DNA of 64,000 bases, taken from contig CM120640.1 of the NCBI GenBank assembly GCA_051362555.1, positions 42,076,788-42,140,787 on the forward strand, given 5' to 3'. The translations under genes and the position numbers were made by a program. This stretch comes from Lingula anatina (Eukaryota; Animalia; Brachiopoda). The notes beneath the pieces were generated by a model. It searched no databases, was not told the DNA's origin, and saw only the letters and a program-made list of their open reading frames with translations. This document shows, piece by piece, positions 26,908 to 40,400 of the stretch (its first letter is position 1; each line of letters begins with the position of its first letter).

Positions 26908-27873
26908 GTAAAGGCAGAGGAGACAGGTAGTAGGTGTTTTAATTACCAATAGTATTCACTGTGCTGTACACACTGTGTACTGGAGGAATACTGACCTCAT
27001 TGATCACTCTTCTTTTTGGCAGCCTTATAGCTTGTAACAAGCAAGTTCACAGATGTTATAATTGAAGGGGAAATAGGGAAATCTGGTTTATACCTAGGAC
27101 TGTGTTTTTCTAAGGCAGAACTTCAGTGTTTCACCTGTGATTTTCTCATTGTGTCATTAATCTTGTTGCTGTATGGTGTTCGTAACCTCAAAAGTAGTCA
27201 GTCTAATAATAATAACAACTAATTGACTTAACGTACATGCACTCATTCATCTCTGCAAATCTGAACTTAAGTATATTGGATAGTGAACAAGAAAAACATT
27301 GTTATATTTTATTGAAAAATTATTGATGATGAAAAAGTGAAAGAGCTCGCTTTAAGGATAGACTACCTTACTTACAATTTACAATAAGATATTTTCTTGA
27401 CCAAAAGGACCAAATTGCACAGCCTGAACTCAGACAATTTTTAGAAATCCAGTCAGAATTGAGATAAATATTAGGGGTATATGCATTTTTGTGTTGGACT
27501 GTGTTGTGCTGTGTGCTTGAAAATGACTGCCAAATGTTTTGCATCAGCTTGCTTGCCTTTCAATGTTTTTAGTCAATCCTCACATATTTTCTTCCTCCTA
27601 GCCAGTAGAAGTGCCCCTGATGCATATGAGCATTTTCAAATCTATTTGTGTTCTGTGTTGAAACCATGTATACAAGAGAATATAATGTTTTGACTGTGAT
27701 TCATGTTGATAAATGTGTGGGTTGTTAGTGTACACATGTATAGATTAATATGAGTTACTTTCACTGTTGCAAACCTCTCTCTCTCTTTCATAAGATCAGA
27801 AAACTAATGACTAAATTCCTATATTCTTGCTTTTTTAGTTGAAGTTCATACCATCTTCCTTTCCAATTTTTAG

Positions 27874-27915
27874 AGCACCCCACGAGAGCGTGTTGACTCA
27901 GAAGGTGATCGCTGA
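27874..27915 (+). CDS. Candidate alternative terminal exon of gene 1 (STPRERVDSEGDR*)
   Basis: Pyrimidine-rich acceptor ...cctttccaatttttag; phase 0 matches the 25842 donor. The 14 codons are GC-richer than the AT-rich surroundings. Confidence 0.45.
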   Translation, partial: STPRERVDSEGDR

Positions 27916-29400
27916 AGACAACAAATGAATTTCACAGTGGGAAACTATTTAGACAGCCTCACAACAGTTATATAGCAAATGCTTGCCTGTGTACTCCAAT
28001 GTCCAAGCACATCAGGATGAAGATATCTCAGTCAATGGTGGATGAATGGGCCTTCCTATTGAATTTGTGTATATATACATTTACATTTCTCTAAAACTTG
28101 ATCACAAATATATGTACTGAGTACTCATACCACTTAGGTTAGAATATGGTAAGATAAATGTGCCTCTTATTTCGAGATATATATGTGGACTCTCATTTCA
28201 TCATTTTCATTTAAAGTATGCTGATAATTAATAATTTTTGGATGGTGAGCTTCAAACAAAAAATTGTCGTATGAACGGAGAGATAGTAACAAGGAAAAAT
28301 TTTGTTGGAACTTGAAATTTAGATGTAACAGAACATTTTTAGATGAATAATACTTTTTATACATAATCCTAACTTGACAAATCTTCCTAGAAGTGTAGCC
28401 ATGATAACAATATGTCCTTCTTATCCCTTGTGTCTGTGCCTGTTTATAAACATATGCCTTAGTATATATACTAGCATGCCTTGATGATTCAATTCATTAT
28501 GTGATGGTAAAGGTGGAAAATAATGTGCTTAATAATATCAGGTGTAATTATTAACATGCTTTAAATATGTGAACAAATACAGATAGATCTACAGTATATA
28601 GTTTCAGATCTGGTATTTCTTGTACTGTTGGGTGTATCATGATGGCCAGGAAGGTGCTCTGTGTGCAAAATTGCAACATAGCTATGCAGCAATAATTTGT
28701 ATTTATTTTTAACCATGTCAGCAATTATTGCTTTTTGGTTACAGTAATCATGCATAAATACTGTTATGAGTTAATTTTTGTGTAAAAATTTGCTGTCAAG
28801 TCACTAGTACATTTCTGAAAATTTATTTGATTACTACATACATATTGGTATCTTTGCTTCCTCTATTTTTTTTTCTTAAATGTATTCAAGTACTAATCAA
28901 GACAGACTTTAAATGATTTTAAGATAAAATATTGAAGTTAGAAAACTGGTTTATTAACATTTCCAATTACTAAAAGTAATAAGAGGCAAACTTTGTTTTA
29001 GATTAAGATATTATGTTGATTAAAAAAAATTAAAATTTTGGCAAGGTATTTCAAGTCATATGGATCATGTTAAAGTTATCAGAACTATTATGTTAAATGT
29101 ACTTTGAAGAATCAGCATGTTTTGCTTATCACATACTTTATGTAGAATCACAGTCATATTTATTGATCTGGTAAGTCATCCTGTGACTTTGTTTTTTGCA
29201 CAGATTAAATTTTGGGGTTCATATTTAGTTAATAAATTTTTCTTTCAGAATGAAGACAGTTCTGTTAATGTTTTTGATATTGTTTTTATTATATATTCAA
29301 TCAGTTGTCTCATTTTATTGTTATCTATAGTTGATTTGTATACGACATTACATAATTATTATTATCATCAGATACATCGTGTTGACTGCTTGGACTAGAA

Positions 29401-29406
29401 ATTAAA
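29401..29406 (+). terminator. Possible polyadenylation signal of gene 1 (ATTAAA + downstream GU/U-rich tract)
   Basis: attaaa followed by gttgtgttgtcttttt. Confidence 0.35.
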
Positions 29407-29621
29407 TGTTTTAAAGGTTGTGTTGTCTTTTTTAATATGGATTCCCTACAACATTGAAGAGTAGTGCTTAAATATTTTGTGTGTGTGTGTGGGGGGGGGG
29501 GGGGGAGGTGTCTAAATACATTATAATTTTTACATAGTAAAAAATTCCTAATAATGTTTAGTTTATACCATGCTTAATAAAAAACACCTAAAATAGTAAA
29601 ATACAAATTCTGCAAGCTGAG

Positions 29622-29627
29622 TTTATT
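29622..29627 (-). terminator. Possible polyadenylation signal (AATAAA) of the tetraspanin distal isoform
   Basis: tttatt on the + strand, ~2 kb past the distal stop codon, with U-rich sequence downstream on the - strand. Confidence 0.35.
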
Positions 29628-31673
29628 ACATCTTCAAAGACATTGTACACATTTCGCACCATTGAACATTTTACGAAAATACAAAATTGAACATTTTTTC
29701 TTTCCATGTGTCAAAAGGCTTCATTGGTCACTATGTATTTAACTTAAACTGCATAGTCAAAAAAGTTTTATGAAAGGAGCATAATACTTCTACCAAACTG
29801 TTAAAAATAAATTGAAAAATACCTTATGAGATTTAACAAGACCAAAATGAATCTAAAGCTTTCATTCAGAAAAATGTTGACCTTTGTAATGGTCACGGGG
29901 TTTCGTTTTTAAAAAACTAATCTATCACTTCATTAAATATTAGACTGTTTTTTAATATTTACAAAAAAATGTTCGTAATCTTTGTTACATTAAAGTGATT
30001 GAGAACTTTAGTGTTGATATCGTATTTAACATTACCTTTACCAGTCTATTTCACACTAATGACATACATAACAAAATAAACTGACGTGGAGGACCTGGAG
30101 AAGGGGGGGTTGCATCCTAAATAATGGTCTTAAACTATTTACCCTGTCTTTCTAATATTACTCTTGATTTCTCAAATGTCTACCTTTCTGATGTCACAAT
30201 ATTTGAAAATCAGAAAATTATTTTTAACAACAAAAAAAAAAAAACTTGTCAAACTAATCAAAAGCAGACTAAAATACAGCTGTATAGTCTGTTCATTAGT
30301 ATTTTACACAGGCTTTCACAAAGAAAGATTCCCTTTTTACTTGCTTTTTTCATACAGAACATGTGCCCCCCCCCCCTTCCCAGTCCCAGGTCAAAGAAAT
30401 CCACTCCTGCTCTGCTACAGAATTCGTTTTCAGTTGAGATCTTGTGGTCCTTGTCATCTCAACTCTGTCTAAATTGAGTATATAATTACTATTTCTCTAA
30501 CATAGTTCTCTAATATATTCTCTATTATAGTCTTATGCCAAAATTGAGCAGTTGGGTATATTTAACAGCCAAATAATTGTTTAACTAAAATTTTTCACCT
30601 TCAGAAGACTACATAATATATGATTACTTCAATTTAAACTGAAAAATGAACAAAACTTCTAGACTTCTGATCTGAACTCTGAGAACCCAAGTCTTGTACC
30701 TGGTTTTTCTGCTGTGTTCCTTGTCTCATTTTATATAAAATATTATTATTGGAAGTAAAAGTTTTCTTCAAAATTTCTATAGTAAAAAACACTACATACG
30801 GAAGTCCTTGTCTATGGGAAAATTGATTTATTCGATCTTTTTTCTATTGACTCACGAAAACTGTGGTCTTTCCACAACAGAAGAAATATCTCATTGTGAT
30901 AAATTTTGGCATAGTTAACCTGTGAATTCTTTGTTCTAAAATCAATTGCATTATGATGTATCATGTAAGACTTTTTGACCAAACTTTTTTCCAACTGCAG
31001 ATGTTGAACCAAGACAGTGCATAATGGTTCTTGAGGTAGCTAATAATATTTGTTAACTAGCTTGTTAATTTTGGGGCTACTGTATAAGACAAGAGGCAGA
31101 ACTGAACTCAACACACACATGGACCCTCAAATCGTGCACGCTCGGCCGTTTGGAGGTGTCGTCATTGCTGTACAGAAAGAGTTCCGTTGTGTGCTAGCAC
31201 ATTTTGACTCATGGAATCTACCTAAACACCCAGCACCTACAATATCACTTCATCAAACCAAAGATATATATACATATATATATACCCTTTATACACTTAA
31301 TAAAAACTAAACGTATGTCTGATTAAAATCTCATGCAACAAACTTGTTTAAAACTATTCTATCACACTAAGAGATATGATATGAATTTGGGAGTCTACAC
31401 TGAAAATAGAAAATTTCTATGGTTGATACAATCCTCTGTACAGATCTACTCATACATAGATCTCTGTATTGGTGACTTTCTCTCTGTCAGCATTGTTTCT
31501 AGAACATCTACAACCCAGTATATATATCTAGATCTGGCCAGAGGGTATCCATACACATAAAATGTACACTGAACATGTAGTATCAGTTTTCATTAAATCT
31601 TTTCACTTATGCTCGTGCTTTACTCCAGCCATTTGTCGCTGTTTTTTTGGCAGTGTGGTGTCAGTTACTATGG

Positions 31674-31733
31674 TTACACTTGGGTGTCACGAATAGCACA
31701 GCACAGCATCATGGAGAAGATCATTCCAAGCAA
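31674..31733 (-). CDS. Duplicated alternative last coding exon of the tetraspanin (LLGMIFSMMLCCAIRDTQV*)
   Basis: Pyrimidine-rich ttttag acceptor, phase 0, open to TAA; clearly paralogous to exon 33571-33506. Confidence 0.85.
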   Translation of the reverse strand: MLGMIFSMMLCCAIRDTQV

Positions 31734-33505
31734 CTAAAATGAGAAAATTAGAAAAAAATGGTAAATTAAGTGAAAGTTATAATAAATGGTGGTATCAAAA
31801 CCACCGCTCTGCGTATCTGCTAAAACTGAACAAAGAACAAGACGAGACAAAGTTCCATCTTCCAGTTTTCTGCTTGAAAATGACACACATCCACAACAAT
31901 GTACATAAAACACTTCTAGACATTTAAAGCCAGCACTTTGAAGAATCGTATTTATTACAAATATGTTTTAACTTGTATCTCTTGTAATTTAACTCCTTAA
32001 ATTTTGGAAATTTTTTTAATAGAGCTGTTTTAAATATTTTTCTCTTCAAAGACCTAGTTGGTGGCCATTTTCATTTACCATGTGTTAAAGACTTATTCAT
32101 GACCCGATGTGAAAAAGAATTATTTGTGTAAATTCATAAACGACACATATGCAATGTATACCAAAATAAAAAATAAAAAGTACATAGACGGGGAGCATTG
32201 GAAGATTCCCTTTTTAAAAAAAAGGAACACCACTGGGAGATTTCTATCAGTTTTTCTTTTTAGCATTAATTTTTAAGACAGAATAGTATCAACTAATGAT
32301 GTCATTGCATGTGCAGTGGGCTATGAAATCACTACCATTGGTGTCCCTTAAACAACACTAAAAGCTACAAAGCAGTAATAATGCAATGATGACGTATCTT
32401 GCAAAGATCAGTCAATCTGATCATGCTCATCTTGTACCATCTAAATCATAATATTTTGTAGGTTCTTTTAATCTAGAGAACTCCACCTGGAACTTAGTGT
32501 GTGTCCAAAAACTAACAATTTATAAAGAAAAAAATATCACAGTTTATGAAGAGAACAGTCTGCTACAAAAGCTGTTTTATGCACACATTTATTTTCAACT
32601 GCAGACTTGGAGCTGTGAGTTTTAGGCTTGGTTTATAGAAGCTGCATTTACCCCAAACCTAAAAAAAGGTGCAATTCATTGAAATGTTTTCCATCTTCTT
32701 CCAACTGGTGCAATGGAAATTTGATTAGTTGGTTTAACAGCATGCAAATTTTCATGTAGGTAACTTGAAAAAATTTCATAGGATCTCTCACTATGATGAT
32801 TGTGAATGTGTTAAGCTACCACAAATGTCAATTTCTTTTTGACAAACATATAGACCAGCACCAGGTTGGTTTATACCAATTTCATTAAAGCTATAACAGA
32901 AATAATCTCATATTCTGTTCTATTTTGATTTTCAGCTTACATCCGCAATTCAACAAGCATATAACACAATCAACTGATGCATTTTTGAATGCATGCGTAT
33001 GTGCATGCATACACGATGTTGTATACATGGCATTTCCAAGGAAAATAACACTACATGGGACACAGATATCTGTCATGTAGTATTATCGGCTGGGTAACTT
33101 GTTCTTAAACAGGACTGGAATCAAGTAACAAATAAACTAAGATTTGGTGCTTAATACCAACAGGAATATCTATCACATATCCACATGCAACACAGATCAT
33201 GCTTTTCTTTACAAGATTCCTCACTTAACATAATTTGAATTAAGTCTTTTAGAAAAATAATAAGTCACTGTATAAGGTTTTCAATGACCCCCCAAAAAAC
33301 TCAAAACCATTTTGACATTCATTCCAATATATTTTTTTTGCGAATTCACTTCTATACATATACTGCATAAACATGCAACATGACCGACATACAAGGCTGT
33401 GAAAAGTCCACGGCTTTAATTTTTCCTTTGTATATAATAAGCAGTTCACAGCCCTGCACGTATTCTGACCCAAGGCATGTCCTACTCATTAGTAAGTGAC
33501 CTTTT

Positions 33506-34411
33506 TTATGCAGCAGACGTGACCTCACGAACTGCACAGCATAGCAACATAGATAAGATCATGCCGACCAGCTGAAATGGAGGCAGAAAAAATTGTAGGA
33601 TTAGTATGAGGTGCTGGGGGAAGTAAGACTATTGTCTTGCAGGGGTTTACATTTGAAAATGAAAAAAAATCGCTATCTATCTTGTGATAGAACTGGGCTT
33701 TTTGAGTGGTGGTTGAATGATACGGCTACTGAAGGCTATTCTAGATATGTTGGGAACAATATAAGTGATTGATTTTCTTAAAAATATTCTAGACATGCCA
33801 ATGCCAATGTGTATAGATGCAATTTATTATAAATATCTAACCATTTTTTTCTTTTGCACCCTCTTAAAATGTGCATAATGTTTATTACCCCTTTATAAAA
33901 GGCATCCAATTACAAAACTTGTTTCAATCTTATAAATTAAACCTTCCACACAAATAAAATTTGTTTTTGCCAGCCATGTGTGACATTTATCAATGGAACT
34001 ACACTATTATTTGTAACATACCATAATAACTCCCATGCCAATGGCAACACCAGCAAAAATGTAAATGTGCTCTTCCAACTGGTTGAACATGGCATCTGCA
34101 CAGCCCTAAAGAGAAAAGAAAAGTGGTTGTATAAGTGTGAGAAATTCTGTTAACCACTAAGTTGATCAATCAACAGAATGGTAGTTCAGGTTGCCAGGGT
34201 TAGAAAGCATGCATTCTGGAATATTTTTTCCATTCTTTAAATGCATTACACATGTCTGGTTTGAAACAAATATATATCATTTTAAGAAAATCCAAAATGA
34301 ACGCCATTTGACACAGGAATACATAGGTGTAGACTACTGTCAAACAGGTACAGTGCCCATGATCAAATTAAGTTAGTTCCTCATTGTTTTCAATACTCTT
34401 ATTACCCCTAT

Positions 34412-34450
<39 letters not shown>

Positions 34451-37400
34451 ACAATGAAAACGCATCAGAAAACTTTCTTGTACCTTTTTTACCGAGAATC
34501 AATTCCAACCATATAAATAAGTACAAATGCACTTGTTTGGTCATAAGAGAGTGGGCTGACCACTTGGATGTTTAAAATATCCGCTTCAGTGATATTGTGA
34601 TCAGCTGTTACAAAATCACGTGTTTTTCCTGTCTCGTGATTGGTGTGAATTAATCAGGTTCAATATATGGTGATTAATTAAGCCTATATAAGGTAGTCAC
34701 CAAATCCAGTATGACACATGACAAAATGATGCCACGTCTGACACTGGAAGAGCGACTGCAGGCCCTGGGGATGCTGGAGGCAGGGCAGAACCAAAGAGAT
34801 CTGATCACGTGACCTTGCATTTTAATGATCTTTTCTGACCTTATTTCATCTTGTGTGACTGAATAATAGGTCATATTTCATACGAAAACTGTTATTTTCT
34901 AAATGTGCCAAAGGAACTTAAAATATTATTTGATAAATAAATGATGCGTTTTCATTGAGTGTCAGTATGTATATGGTAGGTAACTAGTATATATACTTTG
35001 GGTATTTTATGAAAATCTGAGACCAAATAACCTGATTCCAGGTCAATTCCATGGTATTTTTAGTGTGCACATTATACTTTCCTACAATTGGAAAAATATA
35101 TCCTGTGAGCTAAGAAACCAGAGAAAGAATTTTGAAACAGTTTATTGTGGCACCTGTAAAATCATAAAACAGACTGACTGAGAAATCACTTGATTATTTG
35201 CCCACATGAACTGCAAAAATTCCCTTTTGAATAATGTACTTACTTTGAGGAGGTTCTCTACTTTACACCCACAGGCTGTGCCAATGCATTTAATCCCATA
35301 ATCCGTAGCTCCATAGGCTCCACAGCACTCAAACTAAAAATATTTTTTAAAAATTCATTAAAATAAAAGATAATATTTATATATACAAATAACGAACAAA
35401 TTTTGACATTCACTTCTCCTGTCACTTTCTTTATTAACTGGTAGCTCATTAGAGTACCTTTACCAGACAATCCTAGGACTTCTGTTGGCCACTACCCCAA
35501 GCTTCAAATCTGATGTGCACCAGCTTCTTAAATATCAACCTTTCCTGTTGCTCTGACCTTCACTGTTTCCAGTCAAGTTTATACAACCAATTACAGATAC
35601 TCATTTTAAAAAATTTATTTATCTGGATTCTTGGTTAAAATATGTGGTGTGGAACATAGTTAAGAAGCCATTTACAATAACTCCACCTCAACATCTGTTG
35701 ACTGTATTAAGAATTTTATGTCTACTCTGAAAGAGATTCCTCATTTTGATAGATTTACTTTGCACCTGTCCAGTCCTTTTTTAACCTAGCTTGAAGCACT
35801 ATATAAAAGTTACATCTTAATTTATGGGTGTCTCAAGAATACCTTAAAACTGTGAAAAATGACAGATGAAACGACAGCAAAAGATGGTTTACAATCAGTT
35901 TTGATCAGAATAATCAGATTTTCTTCAAAGTCTGGAAAATCCTTTGGTCCTTGAATACAGTGTTTTGAACAAATTCATTTCGTGGATTATTTGTTGCTGA
36001 TAATATGCCTCCTTACAAATTGTGTAGTGTTCACTTACTGTATTCTGTGTGGTTGTCAAGTAACTCTTGGAGCTGGGATCATCATAATTATCAATTGCTG
36101 CTTTTATGGTGGTGGCAAAGCCATCTTTGAACTAAAAAAAAATAAGATAACACCAATAACAATCTCATTAATGTTAATAAATTATTCTCGAATAAAAGTG
36201 TTTTATATTCCTGCTAAATAAATGCTCAAGCACACAGACTAAATTATGCATGCACACGTATTCAAATACACTCACAGGATAACAGCACCAATATGGTTTG
36301 GATATGTACACGTTCATGCCTGCTTTTTCTCTTTTTTATAACGTAAGGTGAACCCGCACAAAACAAATTTTTGGAAAAGACTTGTACAGCATCTCTGCTC
36401 ATCATGATTGTATCCTATCTACGTAACTGTAAAATTTAACACATTATTTAACTTTTGCTCAATTTTGATATCAATATACTTACACTCTCTCTAGCTACAA
36501 TGAAATAGATACCAGCTCCAACCAGGGCAACAAAGAAGATGAACAGGAAAACGAAGAACTGAAATGCAATTATAATTATTTTTTTATTTGAAGCATTTAG
36601 AAGAACCAGTTATTAAATTCAAAGGCTGATAAATGACAAAAGGACTTTGCTTCGATTTAAATTACATAATTTTCATGCAATCTAATTATGTAGCTAATTA
36701 ATTAAATTAATCACTGTAAGTTACAATTACAATTCTAGTTTGGATAAAAATAAAAAAAAATAAAAAAATATCCGTTGTAAAAGCAAATATATATTTCATA
36801 AATTAACATAAAATGCCACATCTAGCTTTTTATTTTCCAATATATAAATCCAATAATACATCGTATTTATCCACGTCGTGAAAAAACTTACCGTTCCCAG
36901 CATGCACTGGCTTTCTCTGATGGCGCCACAGCACCCGCAGAACCCGACGAACATGATGATGCCGCCGACAATAAGCAGGAATATGGCAGCAGCCTGAATG
37001 TAAGTCGCCACGCTCTCATTTCCAAATTTATCGGCGAAAGATTTGTCCACCAAGGCCCAGATCCCTACTGCTACGAGGGCACAGCCAACCAACTGCAAAG
37101 ATCAAATTAAATAATCTCAACTAACACAATACAGTATAAACCCTTACGGTGCACATTGTGCCACCAAAACGTCATCGTCTACTGGATATTCATGATCTAG
37201 TAATTAAAGCTAAAGCTATCTGGTGCCCTGCAGCTTAAAGCAATATTTGGTTTATTTGCATTTTTGTGCGTGGTAAAGCCTGTTACAACAAAATAGGAAC
37301 CCCTCTTTATCTAACCTGTATTGCAAAATCTTCTGACGCGAAATTACGTTTCTAGTTTGACCAACAAAGCCCAAGCACTAGGGGATGTAGGCTAATAGTT

Positions 37401-40400
37401 ATGCGGAAGGGGCTTGAGGAGAGCAGTCAGAGGGATTTTATTTTGTCATTCAGAAAACAGACATGGAATACATTTCATGTATTTCTTTATGTATTCTTAG
37501 GGAGGGGAGGGTAGCTCCCATAACTGTTGGATGGGAGGGGGTAATGGGACCACGCTCATTATGTGCCCACTGCCCCCCCCCCCCCAACGTACCCCGACCA
37601 CCCACCTTTGCCAAAATCGCTCCAGGAAATAGTTTTACCGCCGCACTTACCAGTTTTTTACCAATTCTTATAAGTTATTTTAATAATAATTAAAATGTTT
37701 GTTTTTACTGAATTCTGTAATGGCCCTATCCTAAAGGCTCTTTATTGGGTGTCACCAAGTTATTCATGACGACAGGGTACCTCGTACCAATTGCACTGGT
37801 CTGGAATGTTTCGTCACATCGAGATTATGCAATTTTCATTCTACAAACTTATTCTTAAAATTGATAGATAGCCTATCATTATTTTTATATAGAACTCACA
37901 TCACCCAAAAGGGTAATAGGGCCTACGTAGTATGAAACCAAACTTCAAACATAGCCTAAATAAATTAATTACAATCTACATGTACTTGACCAACACAGGT
38001 CACAGTCAGGATGTCCTGAAAAAAACACCGCTTTCGTTTTCTTTACAATATCAAAATTTCCGACTTTAACAGAACCAAACATATAGAACTAAGTGTTGTT
38101 AAGCACTTGTGATTAATATAATTTATATGAAGTCCTAACACGAAGCGCCTGCCATCTTGAACTGAATTTAATTTACTAATATATGACCCGTCGCATATTT
38201 TTGTGTTAAGACCAACGGTTTAATTAACTCTTCCATCAAACGCTTCAACACTTATGGACCCCAACAAGATAACCTCTGTTTATCTTCCCGTTTCCTCCGT
38301 CGCGTCATAAACCCGTTATAGAGGGCCCAAATATCTACAGCCCATAACGATGTAATGGGGAACTTACTATGCTAGATCGTATTTGGAGACTGAAAGTTAC
38401 AAACAAACCCCTTCCACAGGAGCGCAGACCATTATTCTGGGACAAGTATTGGCCATTTTAACTTGTAGAAATCTGACTCAGCTTCAAGTTATGTGTATTA
38501 CTTAATGATTTTCCATGACATGCAAGAGAGACATGTAAATTACTCGAAACAGGGTCGCTTTCTAACTTCAGAAATACAACATAGTATAATGTAGTGACTG
38601 TGGGTACTATCCAAAACTGATTATGGTCACTTATCCGAGCTCTTGTGTAAAGAAATTCGTGTGTAACCCTTGGGAAAGAAAAAATGAAAGTAAAATGGAA
38701 CAAGGAACAAGGCAGCAAAGCTGTCAAATGTACAGACAAAAAACAGGAAATAACTATGCACAAAATAGGCTACTGTCAATTCTGATGCAAAAGTACATTA
38801 TGTTAAACTGCAAATTCAACATCAAATTTTAATTATGCTCAACAGGTAATACCAATGTAAGTAAAATGTGTAACAAGTTCACACTTTGTATATGTATAAC
38901 TTCCAGAAAAAGAAGCCAATTAGACTGCTTTTCCAACTCAGGCTGCATTTAAGTCCTGTATTTCTTTTATTGAAAGTAAGGCAATCATAAGTAACATGAT
39001 TTTCCCATAATGGTCCTCATGGCAGCAGTGCCCAAAATACTTTTTTTCAAATTTTGATGCAATATTACATAATGTTTAACAGCATAATGACCATCAATTT
39101 TAATAATAAAATATTAGTATTATGGATATTCAGAAAATGTGACTAGCAAAGGTCTTCAGGCCCATGGAACTTCAAGTCACAACTTGAAAATGCCAAAATG
39201 TAAACAAGACAGCACTGTTCTGAAATGTTTTTTTTTTTATTTTTTATAATTTTTAACATAACACAAAATTAACAGTTTACTGCCGTTTTTATATGATCAA
39301 CTAAGAAAATTGATGAGATGGGGAAAATATCAATAGAGCAGTGTTAAATGTCCAATTTCTTCCATTCTGAGATTCTGAACATAGTGAATGATTGAATCTG
39401 ACAAACTGCAATGATATGAGTTTATTTCCATTTTTGAAACTTTATTACACAATACATGATAACAAGTTTACCATCATTTTTACATAATCAACTAATAATG
39501 TTGTAAAGATGCAGGAAATGCCAAACAAACACTTTTACGTATCTTATTAATTAAATAATGAAACTGTTAACATGCCTAAGAATTGAATCTGAGGAAATGT
39601 GAAAAAACGGCATTTTTTTAAAATAATGGCCCGATTATGCTGTTTTTTTTAACTCAACCTGCGTTTTAGCAGGAATGACCACTCCTGTGAGTTTAATGAC
39701 AATTGGCCTGTTTTTCTTATATTGTGTTTACAGTGTTGCATATATGCTGAAAAATGAAAAAACAGCATAACTACTAAAATAGTGGCCCGATCATGCTGAT
39801 TTTCGAACTTGATCTGCATTTTATGAATATTCATCAGCTCTGTAAATATACAGTCAAAAAGTAAAATTGCCTTCCACTTATCGTGTTTACAATGAAAGTG
39901 CACGGCACCAGCGACAGTGACGACGGCGACGACAGACGCAGGTGATGGCAATATGTACAGACACATCTGTACATATTTACTGTACTGTTTGAGAACAGTA
40001 AGTGACATGGTTTTTCTTAAATGCTCATCATGGGAGCAGTGCCCAAAATAGATTTTTTTCAAATTTTGATGCAATATTACATAATGTTTAACAGCATAAT
40101 GACCATCAATTTCTAATAATAAAATATTAGTATCATGGATATTCAGAAAATGTGACTAGCAAAGGTCTTCAGGCCCATGGAACTTCAAAGTCACAACTTG
40201 AAAATGCCAAAATGTAAACAAGACAGCACTGTTCTGAAATGTTTTTTTTTTTCCATTTTTAACAATTTTTTAAACATAAAACAAAATTAACAGGTTACTG
40301 CCATTTTTATACGATCAACTAAGAAAATTGATGAGATGGGAAAAATATCAATACAACAGTGTTAAATGTCCAATTTCCTCCATTCTGAGATTCTGAACAT

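Noticed and set aside
36276-36426. Possible extra tetraspanin exon with a gtgagt donor
   Set aside because: It contains stops in the required frame, and the exon chain is complete without it.
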